64,000 bases of DNA from Callorhinchus milii (taxonomy: Eukaryota), in assembly GCF_018977255.1 (NCBI RefSeq), contig NW_024704742.1, positions 79,858,001-79,922,000 of the forward strand. Reading direction: 5' to 3'. Shown in pieces: positions 62,234 through 64,000 of the stretch (the stretch's first letter is position 1; every line of letters starts with the position of its first letter). A program made the position numbers and the translations under genes. A model generated the notes under the pieces. It had not been told where the DNA came from. It saw nothing but the letters and a program-made list of their open reading frames with translations, and searched no databases.

Positions 62234-64000
62234 GTGAGTGCTTTCTTCTTTTGTATAAAGCTTTCAGAATTGGGAATCCAGGAGCACAAAATTATTTGTG
62301 TTCTTAAGGCTTAAGATAATTGAGCGGAAAATTAAGCCAAATTTTCTCTTTACAATACAGCTACAATCAATTTACATAATGTACTTCCAAATTAAGACTG
62401 GATTTAAGACAACATAGAATCTATAATGCCATTTGGCCCAACTGGTCTGTGCCAGAATTTCTCCTTCACATGTGCCTTCCCTCACCATAACCCTTCTCTT
62501 GTATATGACTGCTTTCTAAAATTACACATGATGTTAAATTTTAAGATTTAGAAGAAGATGGCCCCAGTATAGTCTGTCTAGCGGCTATTTAATGAGGTGG
62601 AGGGTGTGGGGCTGGGTGGCGGGAGGGAGGAGGCCGGGGGAGGAAAGAGAATCATAGCCGAATCTGAGGGTATGTACGTATGCAGGTAAACAAAGTTTTT
62701 TTTAAAAAAGTATGAAGTCCTGGATATTAAAAGGACATTGTTAACCTACAACATACTCAGTCCAGAAAGTTAGATTTGTATTTATTCCAAGAAAGTCTGA
62801 CTTGTAAATACAGTATTCTGTTGGTATGTAGAGATCTGTTAATTCTTCCCTGAAGGGCTCATCTTTGGCTGCTTACCAACATTGTTTTTTGTGCGCAGTT
62901 GTCTAGTTGAGAAGTTCCTCTTGAATCTTAAGTTAGTGTGACTTTGACAATATAAACTTAGAATGGGATATTTCCTTGGTAATGCATGGGATTTTCTCAA
63001 ACACTTGATCAAAGCTGCCAGATTTAGTGGCAAGAGGAATCTGAACTTTTATAATGAAGAAAATCCTATTCATTTTAATAGTAAAAAAAAGTTTTAAGTC
63101 GTGAAAGGGTTGGTACCAAAATATCTTTCCTTGTGAAATAAAGCAATCTTCTCACACCCTTCCTGTGCTTCCCTTCCAGCAACGTTTATCGCTGGATGTT
63201 TGTCCATTGAAACTGCTGATGTACAGGAAATGACCTATATTCCTAAACTGTTATTCCCATTTAGTCTTCTGGTTCTGGAATTTGACCTTATATTCCACCC
63301 TCACTAGTTGTGTAAACATTAATGTTAATTTCAGAGTTCTTTTATTTTATTTTCCCCTCCTAAATTTTCTATTCATTGGGAGAAGGAAGTTCATCCTCCC
63401 CCCACCCCAGCATTAAAACCAGTCATTCAATTCAGACATTGTTGTGTAGAATTTCACTGCCATGTTTGCCCACATTTCTGTTATCACTACACGTCACAGT
63501 AAAATCCTGTGAAGAGTTTTGAGACATTTTGATGATGTGATAAGGTGCTACATAGCTGTTGCCCATAGAAAGCTAATTTCTCTATTTCCGAATATCCAAA
63601 GATTTTTCAAGGTATTGCAATCTAATCCTTTGCCTTTTTGTGCTGAGGATCTCCAGCAAAAAGCCATTGGTATCTAAATTAATTATTTTAAACATTTTGG
63701 ATATGTTAAATGCGCAAACTGTTTGTTATAGATGTGACCCAAGCAAGATACAATTCTAGTTGCTGTGTGCAAATTGGCTGCCACTTCAACCACAAAATAC
63801 AGTCACACATCCTGTCAACGATGTGATGAGGTGTTGTCTCAAATGCTATTATTATTATTATAAACGGAACCTTAACTGGAAAAAGGCTTCGGGAGAAAGT
63901 GTGGCTTTTCCAGAGAAGTTGGCACACTGAACAGTGAGAACTTAGCTTCCATGAGATCCGACCTCTGATTTATCATTTTGTGGACTTGCATTATGTTGTG

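Overview
Repeat-dense vertebrate genomic DNA, not prokaryotic. The mix of L2 and CR1 LINEs, tRNA-derived/Deu-domain SINEs and Penelope-like repeats suggests a cartilaginous fish, possibly a holocephalan (inference). Almost all ORFs in the track are microsatellite artefacts or decayed LINE fragments. The real gene content is the 5' end of an ABCA1-type transporter on the + strand: a DR4 LXR element (46437-46452), TATA box (46486), non-coding exon 1 (to 46650), a ~15.5-kb intron, and exon 2 (62113-62233) encoding MPSFWTQLGLLLWKNFTYRRRQT. A divergent minus-strand first coding micro-exon (MGCVSSRE, 1027-1004) is probably SLC44A1 by synteny. Most notable observations: a 15-codon uORF ending 1 nt before the ABCA1 start, a second consensus DR4 ~12 kb upstream, palindromic Penelope-like repeats with minimal hammerhead-ribozyme cores, an inverted-duplicated minisatellite-SINE-L2 composite, an internally deleted CR1 keeping ORF1 and both ends, and a compensated stem-loop shared by L2 and SINE tails. 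I found no evidence for a wholly new multi-gene system. Repeat boundaries were read by eye and are approximate; comparisons to human sequence are from memory and need alignment.
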